Shown here piece by piece: positions 35,186-49,814 of a stretch of 64,000 nucleotides of DNA. The notes under the pieces are model-generated. The model was given only the letters and a program-made list of their open reading frames with translations. It was not told the origin of the DNA and searched no databases. Each line of letters begins with the position of its first letter. The first letter of the stretch is position 1. Origin of the DNA: Psilocybe cubensis (Eukaryota). The stretch is from positions 1,984,001 through 2,048,000 of the forward strand of contig CM039005.1 of the NCBI GenBank assembly GCA_017499595.2. The letters are read 5' to 3'. The position numbers and the translations under genes were made by a program.

Positions 35186-37139
35186 ATGCAATCCACGAAA
35201 CATCGCCTTGAGCGAGGTAACTTAGGGAGCAACTTACATGCTCAACCTTCTGGAAAATCCTGCACGGCGGACAGCGGGGCGTTGTTCGATTTCAATACTC
35301 GCCCAACAAATTCGATCAGCGTAGAGAATATTCCAAGTCATGGTGCGGTTTTCTCTATGCAAAAGATTACGTAGATGCTACAACTAATCCGTTCCTTCAG
35401 TCAATAGGCGTGAAGTAGTTTCTCTATTCAACTCTCTGATTGGTAAGTTCCTGTGGACCATTCAAGGCTCTTTTAACCCAGATCGTTTAGGCGAGGTTCG
35501 CAGCTTTCAGGACATCAGGGATTCTCCCAGCTCGCGACTTGAAATAACATTTTTCGGTCGCGATTCTGCGACGTAAGTCGACTTCTTCCTTTTGGTACTA
35601 ATTTCTAACTTTTCTATAGCAAAGCTTTGTGTATGAATGGATACAAATTGGCGGGTGTTCCTCTGTAAGTGTCGACAAGGCTGCATGCATACTTACACTT
35701 TACATATCCGATCTTTGGACTTCTTTCTGACGAAAATTTATGCGCGTTTCATGTATTGCACAATACAAATTGAATACCTGACAACTCCATCTACAGAGCG
35801 GTTTCCGCATTAACAACGGCAAATTCAGTGAACCGAATGAACAAGACAACAATGGACGACCGTCGAAACCTCTATGTTCTTGGCCTCCCATTCGCTCTTA
35901 CAAAGTAAGCGAGTCTTTGTTGTTCTTTCAAATCTTCTTAACGTTCGGCAGAAATGAATTCAGTGCGTTGTTTGCTCAGTACGGCACTGTATCGCACTGT
36001 GTTATCTTGGCGACGGTGGATAATTCGTCGAGGAGAAGAGGTTTTGTTGTAATGTCGACCCACGAAGAAGCAAAACGTGCAATGCTTGCTTTGACGCACA
36101 CCTCAATCAAGTTAGTACAGTGCATACGTTGCATCGCCACAACTTAATGTCATTTTCATTAGAGGCCATTCAATCGACGTTTCCTGGGCGGTTGTGCAGC
36201 GTTCTCAAGGTCGGTTCAAAAATCCCTGACAATTTCCGTCTGCATGCGGTTGATATGATATCGTGTTTACAGGATTTTTGGATGGGGGTGATCGAGCTTT
36301 GCTCCTTGACTCACGTTCTCATTTATCTAGTCCCAGTCCCAAGCTTCATGAACGAGGCAACCGTAATTCATCTGATTTTCCAGACTCTGCAGCAGAGTCA
36401 TCTGATGTGGATCATAATTCTGTGACCCCTGTTTCTATGCCTACTCCATCCTTGCTGGTCTCCAATATTCCAACATTGCTATTCTCACAAGCTCAGGATC
36501 TTCAGCCTCTGTTTCTTCCCTTTGGTCACATCGAAAAACTCGAGATAGTTCATGTATCGCCAGCAGGTACAATGTCGGTTCTCGTGCAATATTCTCGGGC
36601 TAGCGTTGCGCAAGAAGCAAAGGACAGCCTTTCTGGACAGCTTTATGGAAATCATTGTCTTGAAGTACGTTATGTCAAGCCTCCCGCATCTAGTGTTCTT
36701 CAGTCCGATCAGTTCCTCGCCGCTCTATCTGATGTTCTTGACAAAAAGACAACAATGGGATACTCTTCTGATCCATCTTCTCGTGGTCACTTGGCGCGTG
36801 CGCACTCTTTCGGTGGCACTACTACAAATCAAGATGTCTCCACTTTCAAACATGCTCCTCTTGGAGGGTGCGGTAATTTTCCTCGGGTTCAGTTTTCTCC
36901 TATGGCGCATACTAGGCATACATCTCTTACTGCGATAACTCCTCCTTTCTCCAATGTCTGCGATGACTTTAATGACCCTCCATTTACTTCTGGCCCGAGG
37001 TATGTGTTTTGTCGATTTCTTGCTCTTGATCGTCTGAAAGTGCTGCAGGTGGAACACTATCAGAACTTTTGGCCACCGTCTCTATGCTTCAGCCAACCAA
37101 ATGCATTTCAACCCTGTCTATCAAAATTCTGCTGTCTAA
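35186..37139 (+). CDS. RRM-containing RNA-binding protein (multi-exon)
   Basis: RNP2 NLYVLGLP and RNP1 RRRGFVVM motifs, plus a second RRM-like segment LLVSNIP...LFLPFGHI...VQY...AKDSLSGQLY. Start position uncertain. Confidence 0.75.
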
Positions 37140-38149
37140 ATCGCTAGATGTGCCGCAACCCCTGGCTCAAAGGATGTTAATCCACTTGCTTTGACTGCCG
37201 AATTTGTATTTTTGAATTCTTGCTTTAATGTTCTTGGTTTTCGTCTTTTTTGTGGCTTCCCTCTGTCTTTATTCATTTGTGCTTCAATTTCCCCCAGTTT
37301 GTGGATTCTAAAGCCTAGTAAAGATGGATAGAGGGGACTGCCATCCTTGTAGGCGCAGGGAGGAGGTTCCTTTTTTCGTTTCTTTTTCGCAAACTAGTGG
37401 ATGGGACTTTTTTCTGGCTACTACAATTCACGTCGCGCGATACCCTTTTCTTTCCTATCACTGCCTGTTGTTTGTACTTTTCGTTATTTTATAGGTGTAT
37501 TTTTATGGCCTAATGATGTGTCTCTCAATGAATCAAGAAGCCCAAGGATGCTTAGTGTTCGGTGATAGATGACCTTCCTTGAGATTTTTATGGTTTGTTA
37601 ATTGCCATGGCACCGATGTACGTGATGTTAGCTTTCTGACGATTTTTGCCTTTGCACAATCCAGATACGTATTTGAGAGTTGAACTAAAGGATGTATGGA
37701 CATGAAATTACTTTAATAGACTTCCAGTTAAAGGATTTAAGCCAACGCGATGGACAGTGGCAAAGCCGAAGTTGGCTACAAAGGAAGCCACGTGGACAAT
37801 AAAAGTTCCGCGTTCACAGCTTGGACCAAAGTCAAGCCCAAACCCGAGAAGGCAACGCCGGCTCATCTTTTCAGTTTTCACCCCTCACCATCTCCTTGGA
37901 AGTTAGTTTGGCCTGGTACACAACGCTCGCTACTGCAAAACCACATTCTTTGTTCCCTCGCTCTCTCTTCAAGACGAACGAACACACACGCGTACCACAT
38001 CCACTGACCAACTTATAATCTATATTACCACCACTTCTGAACGGAACAGTACAAGACCTTTTGTTCAGGAAAACAACAATAATTGTCGGAACTTCGTTTG
38101 AAGACCTATCGTCATCAATCTCGATTTTGGCTCATATTACATTGGAGAT

Positions 38150-39840
38150 ATGATTTCCTCAGGGTTAATTGCTGCACTCCCTTTGCTGCTGGCTGCATTT
38201 GCTGGAGTTGCGGATGCTACTGCCTGGTACGTCGCATTACTTTTGGAATGATGGGATGTTGATGTTGACGGCGGTCTGGTTACTAGCAATGCTACTTCAC
38301 CCTGTCCGGCATTTGCTCCATGCTGCAGTGCGTACTATCCCTCAATGGTAGATCGATGTTTGTGTTGACCCCAGTTCAGGTGAATTCGGTTTCTGCGGGT
38401 CAGGCGACGTACGTCCAGGTCTTTTAGGCCCATTCATATCAATACTGATCGTCAACCTTCGCACTTTACGTTCGTTGGACGCAATAGTTCTGTCTCGGTG
38501 GCTGCAATCCGTACACCTCGAAATCTTTGGATTCATGCAGACCTGAGCCAATGTGCAAAGATGCTACGGTAGGTATACGTATGGCCATGACTGCCCGATT
38601 GCTCGCTGATTATCTCGTACAGTATACATTCTCTGACCAGTCCCGTATCCTCACGAATAGCACCCTCTTCGATGGCAACTCGACCAAGTATGGTATGTCT
38701 AAACGCAGCATGCAATCCAAAACGTATTTTCACTTTTTTGCATCGCATAGATTGGGTAGTTGATAAAGGCAACGTCATTAATGACAACGGAGATCTTGCC
38801 ATGCTACTCACTCAGACAAACGGAGGTACCCGTCTATCGAGCACGAAATATGTACATTATGGAACAATTACTGCAAACTGTGGGTGTCATGCCATACCTT
38901 CATTGACAGTATCAACACGTCGAGTTGGGCGCTCATTTTGACTTTTTCTCTCTATACAGTGAAGACAGGACGTTGGGGTGGCGTTGTCACCGCCTTCATT
39001 ACCATGAGCGACATCAGAGATGAAATTGACTGGGAGTTCCCCGGTGCTAAGACCACTGAAGCCCAGAGTAACATTTTCTGGCAAGGTGTCATTCGTAAGT
39101 GTCTCTTCCTAGACGTCCGTTAATGAATATATTGTAAAACGTGGTTTTATTCAGCTACCACCACCACCGACGGAAAGACGCACACAGTTTCCTCCGATAC
39201 TTTCAGCAACTTCCATGATTATACTGTGTGTTTTACCCTGGTTATTCCCACAATAACTTTGGAATGTTGATGATGATGTGTGCAATTTTTAGATCGACTG
39301 GCAACCTGATACCCTTACTTTCTCTATCGACAACCAAGTCGTCCGCACCATCAAGAAGTCTGACACCATCAATGCTACAACCGGTGTCGCTAGCTTCCCT
39401 ACTACACCATCGCGCGTGCAACTTTCGTAGGTTCTTTGCAGGTAACTTGATTAGACTTTATTCTAAATACTCCCCGAAACTGTAGCATTTGGCCCGCTGG
39501 TATTGATGGCTCCCCCAAGGGAACCGTTGACTGGGCTGGAGGCATGATCAACTGGGACGACCCCGACTACAAGTCTGCTGGACACTTCTACGCTATTGTT
39601 CACTCGGTCTCGGTTAAATGCACGGGTGCTCAGCCAGTTCCTGCCAACTCGAACATCACGTCCTACGTGTATGGCGGCAATCGACTCGATGTTAATCCTA
39701 CGATCCTCTATTCCAACAGATCGACATTGCTTAACGCTGCCTCTGGAAGGTTTGGAACCCCAGTTGTAGGAAGCCTTGGTGGCATGCTCATGGCGCTTGG
39801 TTTGGGTGCTGTGTTGAGCGTTAATGCTCTGTTGTTGTGA
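38150..39840 (+). CDS. GH16 chitin-glucan transglycosylase, Crh/Utr2 type, with an N-terminal Cys-rich chitin-binding-like module and a GPI-like tail
   Basis: Signal peptide, PCCSEFGFCG, GVVTAFITMSDIRDEIDWEF catalytic motif, FHDYTIDW, WPAG..GTVDWAGGMINW and a hydrophobic C-terminus. Confidence 0.92.
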
Positions 39841-40175
39841 TAGGATTTGATACCCCCTTTGATTCATTTTGCGAGATTTGTTTCTTCTTTGACATTGTCA
39901 AAGCTGGGCAATATGTTATATATTATGTCGAGGTGTTTGTTATACGGATGTAATCATTAATTTTGGCATCTTTTTTCGATGAGTCTCTGGTGTGCGCACC
40001 TTGCCCGTGTAGTATGTACCCCTGATTGTGGTGTCAAGCAAAAACACGGCCAAAGAGAAAGCACTGCCACTGCCGGCGCATTTTCCAAGTCTAATTCATT
40101 GCTAAATGGAACAGTCCGACACTGCACGATGCTTGTGCGAAATCATTGTACTCGACAGCATCGTTTGGCAACGGA

Positions 40176-43100
40176 ATGGATGCCAAAACAGATACTAAGA
40201 AACCCAAACCTCGCCGACTGTTCTCGTTCGATTCAGTAAAGTCCGTAACGTCGTCGCGTCGTTCCTCGGCGGCATCCTCAGATTACGAAGGACCGAAAGG
40301 TGCACGACCGCTGAATCCGTTCGAGCTATCCAATGTGCAAGAAAAGGATGAAGATGACCCGGAAGGAACGGCACAATATGCAAGACGTATCGTCGAGCAA
40401 CCCATGACAGACGCGCAGCAGGACGACGGCTCGCGGTCGCCACCGTCAACAGATCCATTTGCAGATATGCAGAGTCCAACGAAGCTGGAGCCCGTTCGAC
40501 CTGTGCCTCTAAGAGCAATGCGATCATTCAATTCGGAGGGTCAGCCTTCGACGCCCTCTCCTACTCGCGCACGATGGGAGAGTCTGAGGCAGCATGTCCT
40601 GCCTGCGCATATTCGGTCAATGTCTCCCCCTCCGAGACCTGGGTCAGCGCAATCGTCTATTCATGGCAATCTCCCCGTGAGGTCAACCACGCCGAAGCCT
40701 TCCAGACTGGCCAGACTTGGATTCAAGCAGGTTGTGGAGCAAGCAAGGGATATGGCAGATGATACGCGCAAATTAGGGGAGGAAATCATGCGTGGGTGTG
40801 CTGTTGCTCGATATCCAGAAATGCAAAAGTCGTCAAAGGAAAATTTAAATCATGGGTCGACAGTCAATCTAGCAGGGGTACAAGCTACAGGGTCTTCGAG
40901 GATGGATTACCTCCGCCGCCCTCAGTCTGTGGTTTCACTTGCTACCACAGCTGCTGGGACCTTAGGATCACAAGGACCGTCACTTCGATTTTTGTACCAA
41001 ATTTTGGTGTATCATTCTGGTCCTGAAGAACATAGCGTATCCCCCCATCTGCCATACGAGAGCCAGGTTTTGTCAACTTTACTATGCCCTTTCTTGACAC
41101 CTGTAAAATACCCTGGAGTGAGACTGGAAGAAGAAACAATCACCGCGATGGAATCCTTTGAGTTGGTATCCCGGAGCTGGACTCCAGTTGATGAGGTACC
41201 TGCCACAAATATATTTCCAACTCTTTTATTTACATATCTTCATTAGAACGCCTGTGTGGAACGTTGTTTGTGGTGCTGCAAAGCAGCTAGTAGTCTTTCA
41301 CCCAGTGTGTTGAGGACGCGGATATTAGGCTCATTGTGGCGAATCATCGTTCCAGGCGACAGCAATAGAATTCTTTTATCCCCTCAGGCGTTCCGGTCTA
41401 TTGTCAACGGCTTGTTGATGTTATTGGTGGCACTTTATCGGTCATCGTCAACCATAAACCTCAACAATCCAACGACTCCATCAAAATTTTCTGCATTTTC
41501 CTTTTCATCGGCAAACTTTCAGCAACCCATTCATCCAGATATCGGATCCCTTCAAGATATAATATTTCAATATCTCTCGGGGTCATTGGGAGAAATCGAA
41601 GATGATCAAGTGGAGGAAACTTATGGTGTCGAGTTCGGAATTGCCGACCGAAGGCATATGCCAAGTGTGCGACGCGCTATCTTTTTGGATGCGTTGGTTA
41701 GTACCATTGAGAATAGTGGTGGAACCGGAGAGTGGCTGTTGTGCAATGTTATCGAGGTACACTACATTCATTGGCTGTTTAAATGTTATCTGACAGTTTT
41801 ATTAGCAATATTGGCCCCTACGTAGTGATGCATTAGCTGACTCTTGGACAACTCTTCAAGCCTCCATTTGTTGTCGAAGGCTGAACACTTTTTGTAGGCT
41901 ATCGTTATCATTGCTACAACCCTTTCTTTATCGTCCATCCTTATCGCCTCTAATCATGTCGCGTGAGGCATCATCGTCATCATCATTATCGCTCGAGGCA
42001 GTTGGCTGGCAAGCCAAGAATCCGAGGCTTCCCTTCGAAATTGTTGATATTTGTCAGTCTAGGATTCTGCCTGAGAGCGAAGCTTTGGACGAGGGTACAG
42101 AACTAACTCCCCAAATTGTACTAGAGACGAGGATACGAGTGGCAAGATTGGTTCTAGAGGTTTTATGCTTGGATGGCGATGATACCACCACAATAACCAG
42201 TCCAAAATCGGATGTCTTTGGAGGACCTAGGATGGAACCGACATCCGAAGGGACCAAAAAGTTGGTAAAATGGGCTACGAACTTGATTTGTCAGTGGTAT
42301 AGGGCAGGAAGTGGGTCTCCTTGGAAACACGTTTTAGAAAAGACTTTACAGCAAACGGTCAGCTTTCTGACTGTTAGTTATCTATGTACTAATTGTAGGC
42401 TCAGATATCAGGAGATTGGCATCCACTGGTTTTGATACTTTCTGCACTTTTGAAAACCATCCCCACGGATCTCAGGAAGGCTATCTTTCTTTCAATAGTT
42501 CCGGCTCTAAACGAAGTGGGTCTGAATTGAATTTCTTTCTCCTTCATGCGAGTTTCTGATTAATTCTTTACACAGAAATTGGTTCAAATTCCTCCGCCTT
42601 ATCCTTTTCCACCTCTTTCTGCATTCCTGACTCAACTTTCAAAAACTCTTCCACCTGTCTTCTTCAGACCATTATTTGCGTGTGCTACCTCCGACAAAGA
42701 AGTTGTCGTGATCAATCATCTCTGTACTGTGCAAGTACATTCAAGGTATATCGCGGACTATTGGGTACGGGATGTAGAAATGTTGTGTATGGCTTTGCTT
42801 GGAAATGCTTCTGGTGGTGAAACCCCAGGTTCTCGTGAAGTGGCGCGATTGGGACAATTGGTGTTGCTAGTTGAGTTGATAGGCCGGATGCAGAAGATCA
42901 GGCATGGTAAAGATCCATTGGCCAACGTAAGTTTATAAATGCTCGCCTGTTGTCAGTAACTGAAATTGATAGCTGTATAGGGTGATGGCAGATCAGGCGA
43001 ACTCCTACGATTTGTGACTATGCTTGAGTCGCGGATCTGGTTGATGATTGAAGCGAAGGTAAAACATGACATACCAACTTGAAACCAAGTATTTTCGCTT

Positions 43101-46100
43101 ACAGCATATAGGAACGAACAGCGGTACTGCCCTCGTCTACCCGCATGTTGTTAGGTATCCTCTTTCGCGAGTTTAGACTGCTGACACGGTCTTTGAAACC
43201 GTAAGTCTCGTCATATACACATACACCCTCGTGCTCATTTTATTTTCTCAGTGCTCCGTGGCTTACTAGAACACTTCGGTGGTTTGAAGATTTCATTGCA
43301 GACGAATACATTGGAGAATTTGAGGAAGAGGTAACAACTGCCGTCGAACGTATTCGAGGATTGTATGCAGCTGCTCAAGCAGCATCAAAGCAAGACCGTG
43401 ATGTAAGCCTTATTGATCATGACTTATTTCACTATTGTGATTGATTTGGAAATGTAGCGTCCTACTTCGTTGTTGGCTGCCACAGCTTCAAAGTTTGCAA
43501 ATAATTCGACCTCTGGAAAGACGCTCGACCTTGCTTCAACTTTTTCAGAAAATGAAAAACTTCTCAAATCACTGGGGAAAGGCTATTCACCCAAGGCCAT
43601 GAAGCTTTTCGTGGCTTTATCTGCACTTATTGCCGAAGAGGAATATCTCAACCTGGGCCCTTTACTTTGGCAGCATTGTCTACTTGACAACGTCGATGCT
43701 TCTTCTACAGCATCGGTTTGTTGGTTTTTATCACCGTCTGCAATACCGATGTTAACACGATGATTAATAGGCCTGCTTTTTATTAATGCAATGCGCTGAG
43801 AAGACACCCATAGATTTGAAAGCTATCATTGAGGTTGATTTGCAAACGTAAGTAAACTTAGACTTTTACTTGTTGATATTCACCTAATGATATATCAAGT
43901 TCGGATGATACCACACGTCTCGAAGCTGTACGAAAGATTGGTATTTTGACCAACTGGAGATTCCAGATAATCACCCAAAACTTCGTGACTGATAGGTCTC
44001 ATCGCCCCTTCAAACTCGCTCGCCCTCCTCTTCCATTCATTGCCGCAGATATGGGAACAAGTCTTTATGTATACACAGAAGATTCAGATGAGAGCAAGGA
44101 AAGCGACGACGTTCCTTTAGAGCTGAGACAACGTCTTGCAGAACTCGGCTTTGCTGAAGAGGACGCCGGCGTCATCGATCCTAGTCAAGAATGGATCAAA
44201 ACACCGATGTCTATTTTGCCCGCGAACCAACTGGACCGGATGGAAGTTGGCATTAATGACCCTGCATTTGGCATCCCCACTTCTCCTATTTCGAGCCCCC
44301 AGCCTTCTCCAAGAAAATTGGGTATGCAGCGAGACCAGGCCCAAGGTCTGCTGCCAGTTGAAGACGCTGCCGCCCTTCTGCGTCGAAATTCCAGCACTGG
44401 TGGCCCTTTGAGCAGCGTCAAACGACGGGTAGTTTTTGTTCCACAGTTAGCTCTCATATTCCCTCGGCTCGCCACTCTGCTCTTCGACAAAAATGTTGCC
44501 GTTGCGGCTGCGACCAGGGCAACATTGATGGATTTGATGCGAAATGATCCCTCTCTTTTGCTAAGACCTATCTACGAATGTTTAGCAGGCGATAACAAGG
44601 ATATGCAGCTCGCAATATCAACACTGACAAAGTTATTGCACGTCCGACGCACCCTTCCTCCTCCCTTTACGCATAGCGTATTCAACAATTTAGCTGGGCT
44701 GTTGAAACTTCTGGCCAGAAACAGTGAAATTATGGATTCTCTTCACGACTTCTCACTTGTGCTACCTGTCATGGCAGGCATCGCTACTCAGGTCAGTGGT
44801 ATGTCAATCAAGGAAATCCGGCGATCCAAGTTAGAGCACTTTATCATTCCTTCTGGCTCGCTTTGGTTTACTTCATCGGCTCCCAAAGGTTCGATGTTCC
44901 CTCGGCACCTAAAACCAACCAGCGATCCCTTTGAACCAGTTCCTCCAACATTGATGGAGATCACCATGATCCGTGTCTCGCAGAATATCTTTTTCTACTC
45001 GATGCTCAAGAGAAACTACCAAGATGTTCAGGTGGTAAGAAAAAATATGTCCCGTCTTGTCCTTCCTTCGCTCGATGATTATGGACTGGTAAAGAACTTG
45101 GAAATGAACGACTACATGCCTCGCAAAAACCCACCAACTAGTAATCGGCCCCCTAATCATAGTACAGTGGAAATTCTCTCACTTATGGTGTCTCGGAGTT
45201 ACCTCCTTCTGGTTGCTCAAATTTTCCGGTCGATGCCTCGGCATCTCAGTGATCGACATGAATTAGCAACTTTGGTCGATGGACTGAATAGGGCGCTTGT
45301 AGTACATGGCGATGACATAAACATCGTAAGCCAAGTGCTTATTGGTCAGTCGCAGCATTTTATGGATTTTGAGCAAACTAAAAGTAAATGCACACTTTCC
45401 AGGGTATATGGTAGCCAGCACTCGTTTCAGGAGACTTTTTACATCAGGAGGAGGATATTCGCTTTTTATGCCTGCTCTTGTCAAAGTTTATACCGAAAAA
45501 CCATCCCACCCTGGAATCCGTTCTGCCATCGAATATGCAATCAATCGTTTCTACGCACTCCATAAAGATTCATTCCTGTACCAGGCCATCAACACCACCG
45601 GTCAGCTCGCTATGCTTCCCGACATCGATTTAGAATGGTTCTCGAAAGGCGTTTACGACTTATTTGCCTCTCTCAGTAAAGGCTCTTCAACAACGGTTGA
45701 CGCCGCTGGCATCCGTAATGTCAACAAGGCCGAAGAACGCGAAGCTTTGATTATTCATACCGCAGATGAAAAGCCACAAACTTTCTTAGCGGCAATACGT
45801 CGAGGAGAATCTCAAACAAGTCGTCAGATGTCTCTTCAACTCCCTGATGAATATGAAAGCTATCGTCTCAGTATGGACGATTTCGTCCGCTTGTTCTTGA
45901 CCGTTATCGCCCATGATCTGTCTATCGCACGTGCTCAACATTTTCTGCGATTACTTCGTATTCTGTCTCCACATCTTTATAACGCATCGGCATCTACCCG
46001 GACCGTGCTGGCGGATGGCGTTGTCGCTCTTGGTTCCATCTTAACGAGGGTTTTTTCCAAACCAAAAGGCGGTGAAAATATGCCCAAGCCAATATTGGAA

Positions 46101-48113
46101 GAACAAGATGGTTTATTACTCAGTCCTGGACTATCAAGCGAAAACAATGCCAAAGAAAAAGCGCGGACGCCCAGTGATTCCAAGATCATGAGGTTAGATT
46201 ATTTGAGGCTTGTTCTTGGTCTAGGGTCGGCAGGGGGGCAAATCACGCTCACAGTTGCCAGACATACTTTAGATGTGACGAGAAGTCTTTTAAAGGATTG
46301 GGATACCAACACAGATGCTCTAGCAACCTTCTTAGGCGACTTCGTCAAAATGTTGCTCTATCGCGAGGAACCGACGGCGCCTAAGGCAGTCGTATCATTC
46401 CTACAGGAACTTTCGCCAATTCTCCACGCCTATCTGGTGTCCGTTAACTTTACGTCAGTGTTCGAGACGGTCTTGAAGTTGACGGAAATGTCACTCTATG
46501 CCAATGACTCGATGTTTGGTGAAGTAGTTGTCAGTGAAATTGTGACCGCAGGTCTAGCAGCATGTGATGTCGCCGCATCTGAAAACCAACTAATGACGCT
46601 TCAGTACCGACCAGTATTGATATCATTGATAGCAGAGGCCATATTCCTCAAAGATGCCGATGTTTTTAGTGAAATAGAAAAGCGTCCCCCGACATATCAA
46701 TTTCTTGCGGGGGTTGTTCTTCCACTGGCACTCAGCATGAAAACCGAACCTGAAGTCATCACCGATGGCTCACGTACCGATGAACACAGGGAAAAGCTCG
46801 CCATTGCTTGGGTACGTATTCTGTACTACGCAATCAAAGCATGCCAAAGAAGTCGACGAGATGCAGAAAGTGTTAATCGTGGTCTCGGTTCATCTTTTCG
46901 ATCGAAAATGGGTGACAAAAATCGTCAAGAAGCCTTCTGGCGATCTCATTTACCTACTTTCATGACTGCTCTTCAAGTTATTAAAGTCGTCGTGGTCCGT
47001 GGTGCGGCTGACATCTCCTATTTACCACGGATTGGTATATGGGAGAGATTATCCTCATTTTGCAGTTCGATGTTTGCGGAGGGAAACGCAGACTTTGCTT
47101 TTAAGCCAGACATTAACTCCGCTGCGGCAACCCCTACTGGATCACCTCGAACAAGCGCACAGTTTGACCTCTCTAGCTCTGGTTCTCGTCTTTTTGTGTC
47201 AACATCCTCTGATCTTAGCCGACCCACATCCCCGTCGTCTTTTTCTGAACGAACACGCTTATTTCGTCGGCCTCGTATTGTCGACTATTCGTTGTGGTCC
47301 ATGCTTGAGTTTGTGTGCGCTTATCGCAGTCCACTTCGAATGCATCTCAAGGTCTTGATGATGGAAAAGGTCGTTAATCTTGACCACAAATTACAAAACC
47401 AGAGCAGCGGCACCGGGAATATGAGTCCTTATCCAACATCTCCAAGTAGTCGCCGAGTCTCAACCTCTGTTTTTTCAAAGTCTCGGCAGCGTATGTCATC
47501 CCTCATGGTCCCTTCTCCAGAATCTTCCCCCCGGCTTATGCCGTCCCCTTCGAACCTTATGCCCTCACCCTCACTTCTTGAAATTCCAAGCAGGCGAGCA
47601 GGTTATCAAATTTCTCCCATTTCACCACAGGACAATTCGGGACTGCCCAAAATCTTGCATTTAGGACCTGCATCTCCATCTACATTTCCGCCAATTTCTT
47701 CGCCCATGATAGGAGCTGGCGTTTCAGGCGCGGGAGCTATACGGAATACCAGGATAAGTGGTGACGGGGGTGAATCCTCGTCGGCGACACGAACTACGAA
47801 AATCAAATCTCTGAAGCTTATTCATGAAACATATAGACGAATCCGTGGCGTCCAAACTTTTATGGGGTATGATCTACTCCTTCCCATGCCCGGATTGGCT
47901 GCGTCGAACAGTGAATCGGCTGCGGCATCCGGGAGCACGGAAAAAGGGGAAGAAGATGCTGCTCTGGAAACTTGGACAAAGAAGCAGGCTCTCTCTGCTA
48001 TCGTGAAGGAAACCAAGAACTTGATGGAAGAGTTCGAAGAAGGGTTTGGAATAGACGACGGTAGTGCGATTGTCGCAGATGCGGATACGCGAACTTCATA
48101 TAGCTCAACTTGA
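40176..48113 (+). CDS. Very large helical-repeat protein, probable UNC80 homolog (NALCN/Cch1 channel-complex subunit)
   Basis: Multi-exon gene of more than 2000 aa. Segments GLNRALVVHGDD, FRRLFTSGGGYSLFMPALVKVY, IRSAIEYAINRFYALHKDSFLYQ, LPPPFTHSVFNNLAGL and FLTVIAHD occur in the order I recall for the animal UNC80 C-terminal half. Start position uncertain. Confidence 0.72.
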
Positions 48114-48384
48114 GGATAAAATATTCACACTTATTCTATTTCTCTGTTTGCGTACTACGATACGGATTTGTGTACATATAATTCAATTTTAACTCTGCAA
48201 AGCTTTACTTCGCCATAAATTTCATCGAAACTGGCGAATTTATAACTCGCCACAGGCTCTGATCAATACTTGCTTTAGCGCTTTCGGTTGTGTCATAGTC
48301 ATACACATAGATATTGAAGCTCCGACGGTGCCACCTACAAACATTCCCAGGCAATTATTGTTACCCTCTTTCCGAGTTGCTGTC

Positions 48385-49814
48385 ATGTATTTGCCCAAAT
48401 TCCCAAGAATCGTTCATATGGACTCAGCTATGGTAAGCATACTCTGGACACTCCGTCTTTTTCGTAGGGAAGAGCCGTTTCCTGAATCGCATGAAGAAAT
48501 ATCTTGCAAAAAGATTACGTTGGAGGCATATATGAAGGCTGTTCGCACATGGGAGTTCGTGTCACCTTTCTTTGCTTCGAGAGGGTACAAGCTACACAAT
48601 AAAGACCCAAAGTCAGATTACTTGCTGCCTATATCAATGAACAGAAATATAGAGAGCAATTTGTATCCATTTGCTCGAGTGATTCCGAGCAACAAAGAAA
48701 ACTTTTTCTGGGGTGTGAGTGTTTCAACCTTGTGTTCTTTTTCATATACTTACATTATCTAAGTCGCCTACCTTGTGGGGTGCGCGAGATATGCTCGGAA
48801 GAGACGTGGTGATAAAGTGAGCCGCAAAATTAACCACCGTACAAATGAATTATAACAAAATAACCCAGAATGATATCCGATAAGTCTTGTCCCTCCCAGG
48901 AACTGCGAGCCCTGCAACGCTTAAATCGCAAAGACCTTCGCTCTGATCCTTATAACCACTCCATTCCCGTACTGGATTTCTTAACATTTGATAATCTGGT
49001 TTTTGTGGTTATGCCCAGGTAATACTTGCTTCCTTTATCCACAGCTTGAAGGACTTATTACCACAGATGGGAAGATGCCTTCACCGCTGAATTCGAGATA
49101 GTGATGGAATTAATGGAAATCACTAAAGCCTTTCTTGAAGTACTACCCTGGATCATACTAGTTGATCGTTTATGCTCAATCATTTACAGATGTTCGTCCT
49201 TCTTCACAGGAACAAAATTGTGCATTTGGATTTTCTCTGCCAGAATACGTCGATGAACGTGATCTTAGACGATTATGAGTTAATAAAGACGAAAGGCTTG
49301 CGACGTCCTGGAGAAGTTAAATATGCACTCATCGATTTTGGAAACGCTGTGGTATACCCCGAGGACACTGTAATCGAAAACGTCGTTGCGACTCGTCCTC
49401 TCAACTATAGGCTGCGGGGCCTCCCAGACATAAAAGGCCCATACAATCCATTCAAAGCCGACATCGCCTTCTTAGGGGCGGAGCTAGAATACAGTGTCAG
49501 GGTAACAGCTTCTGGCGAAACCATACTTCCTTTCTACTGATAATCATTTACCTAGCATATCGAAAACATCGTTCCTGAGCTTGGGCTGTTTTTTGAAAAC
49601 TTAAAACGCATGATGGACGATACACAATTTACGGCGCCTCAAGCATTGTGCCATTTTCTGGAAATCTACGAAAGTTTAACTCCTGAACAGCTTCAAACGC
49701 CCGTGGTAACGGAAGCCTGGAGAAATGGTGAGCAGTAGGCGGCTCTCTTCAAAATATGTCTATTTTGATGCATTTGATACAGGAATACTGACATACAAGG
49801 AGCCGTGGCCCTAA
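48385..49814 (+). CDS. Atypical protein kinase, AgaK1-like, array copy 1 (7 exons)
   Basis: ARD..GRDVVIK, DPYNHSIPVLDF..VFVVMPRW, IVHLDFLCQN, LIDFG and YNPFKADIAFLG motifs. Confidence 0.85.
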
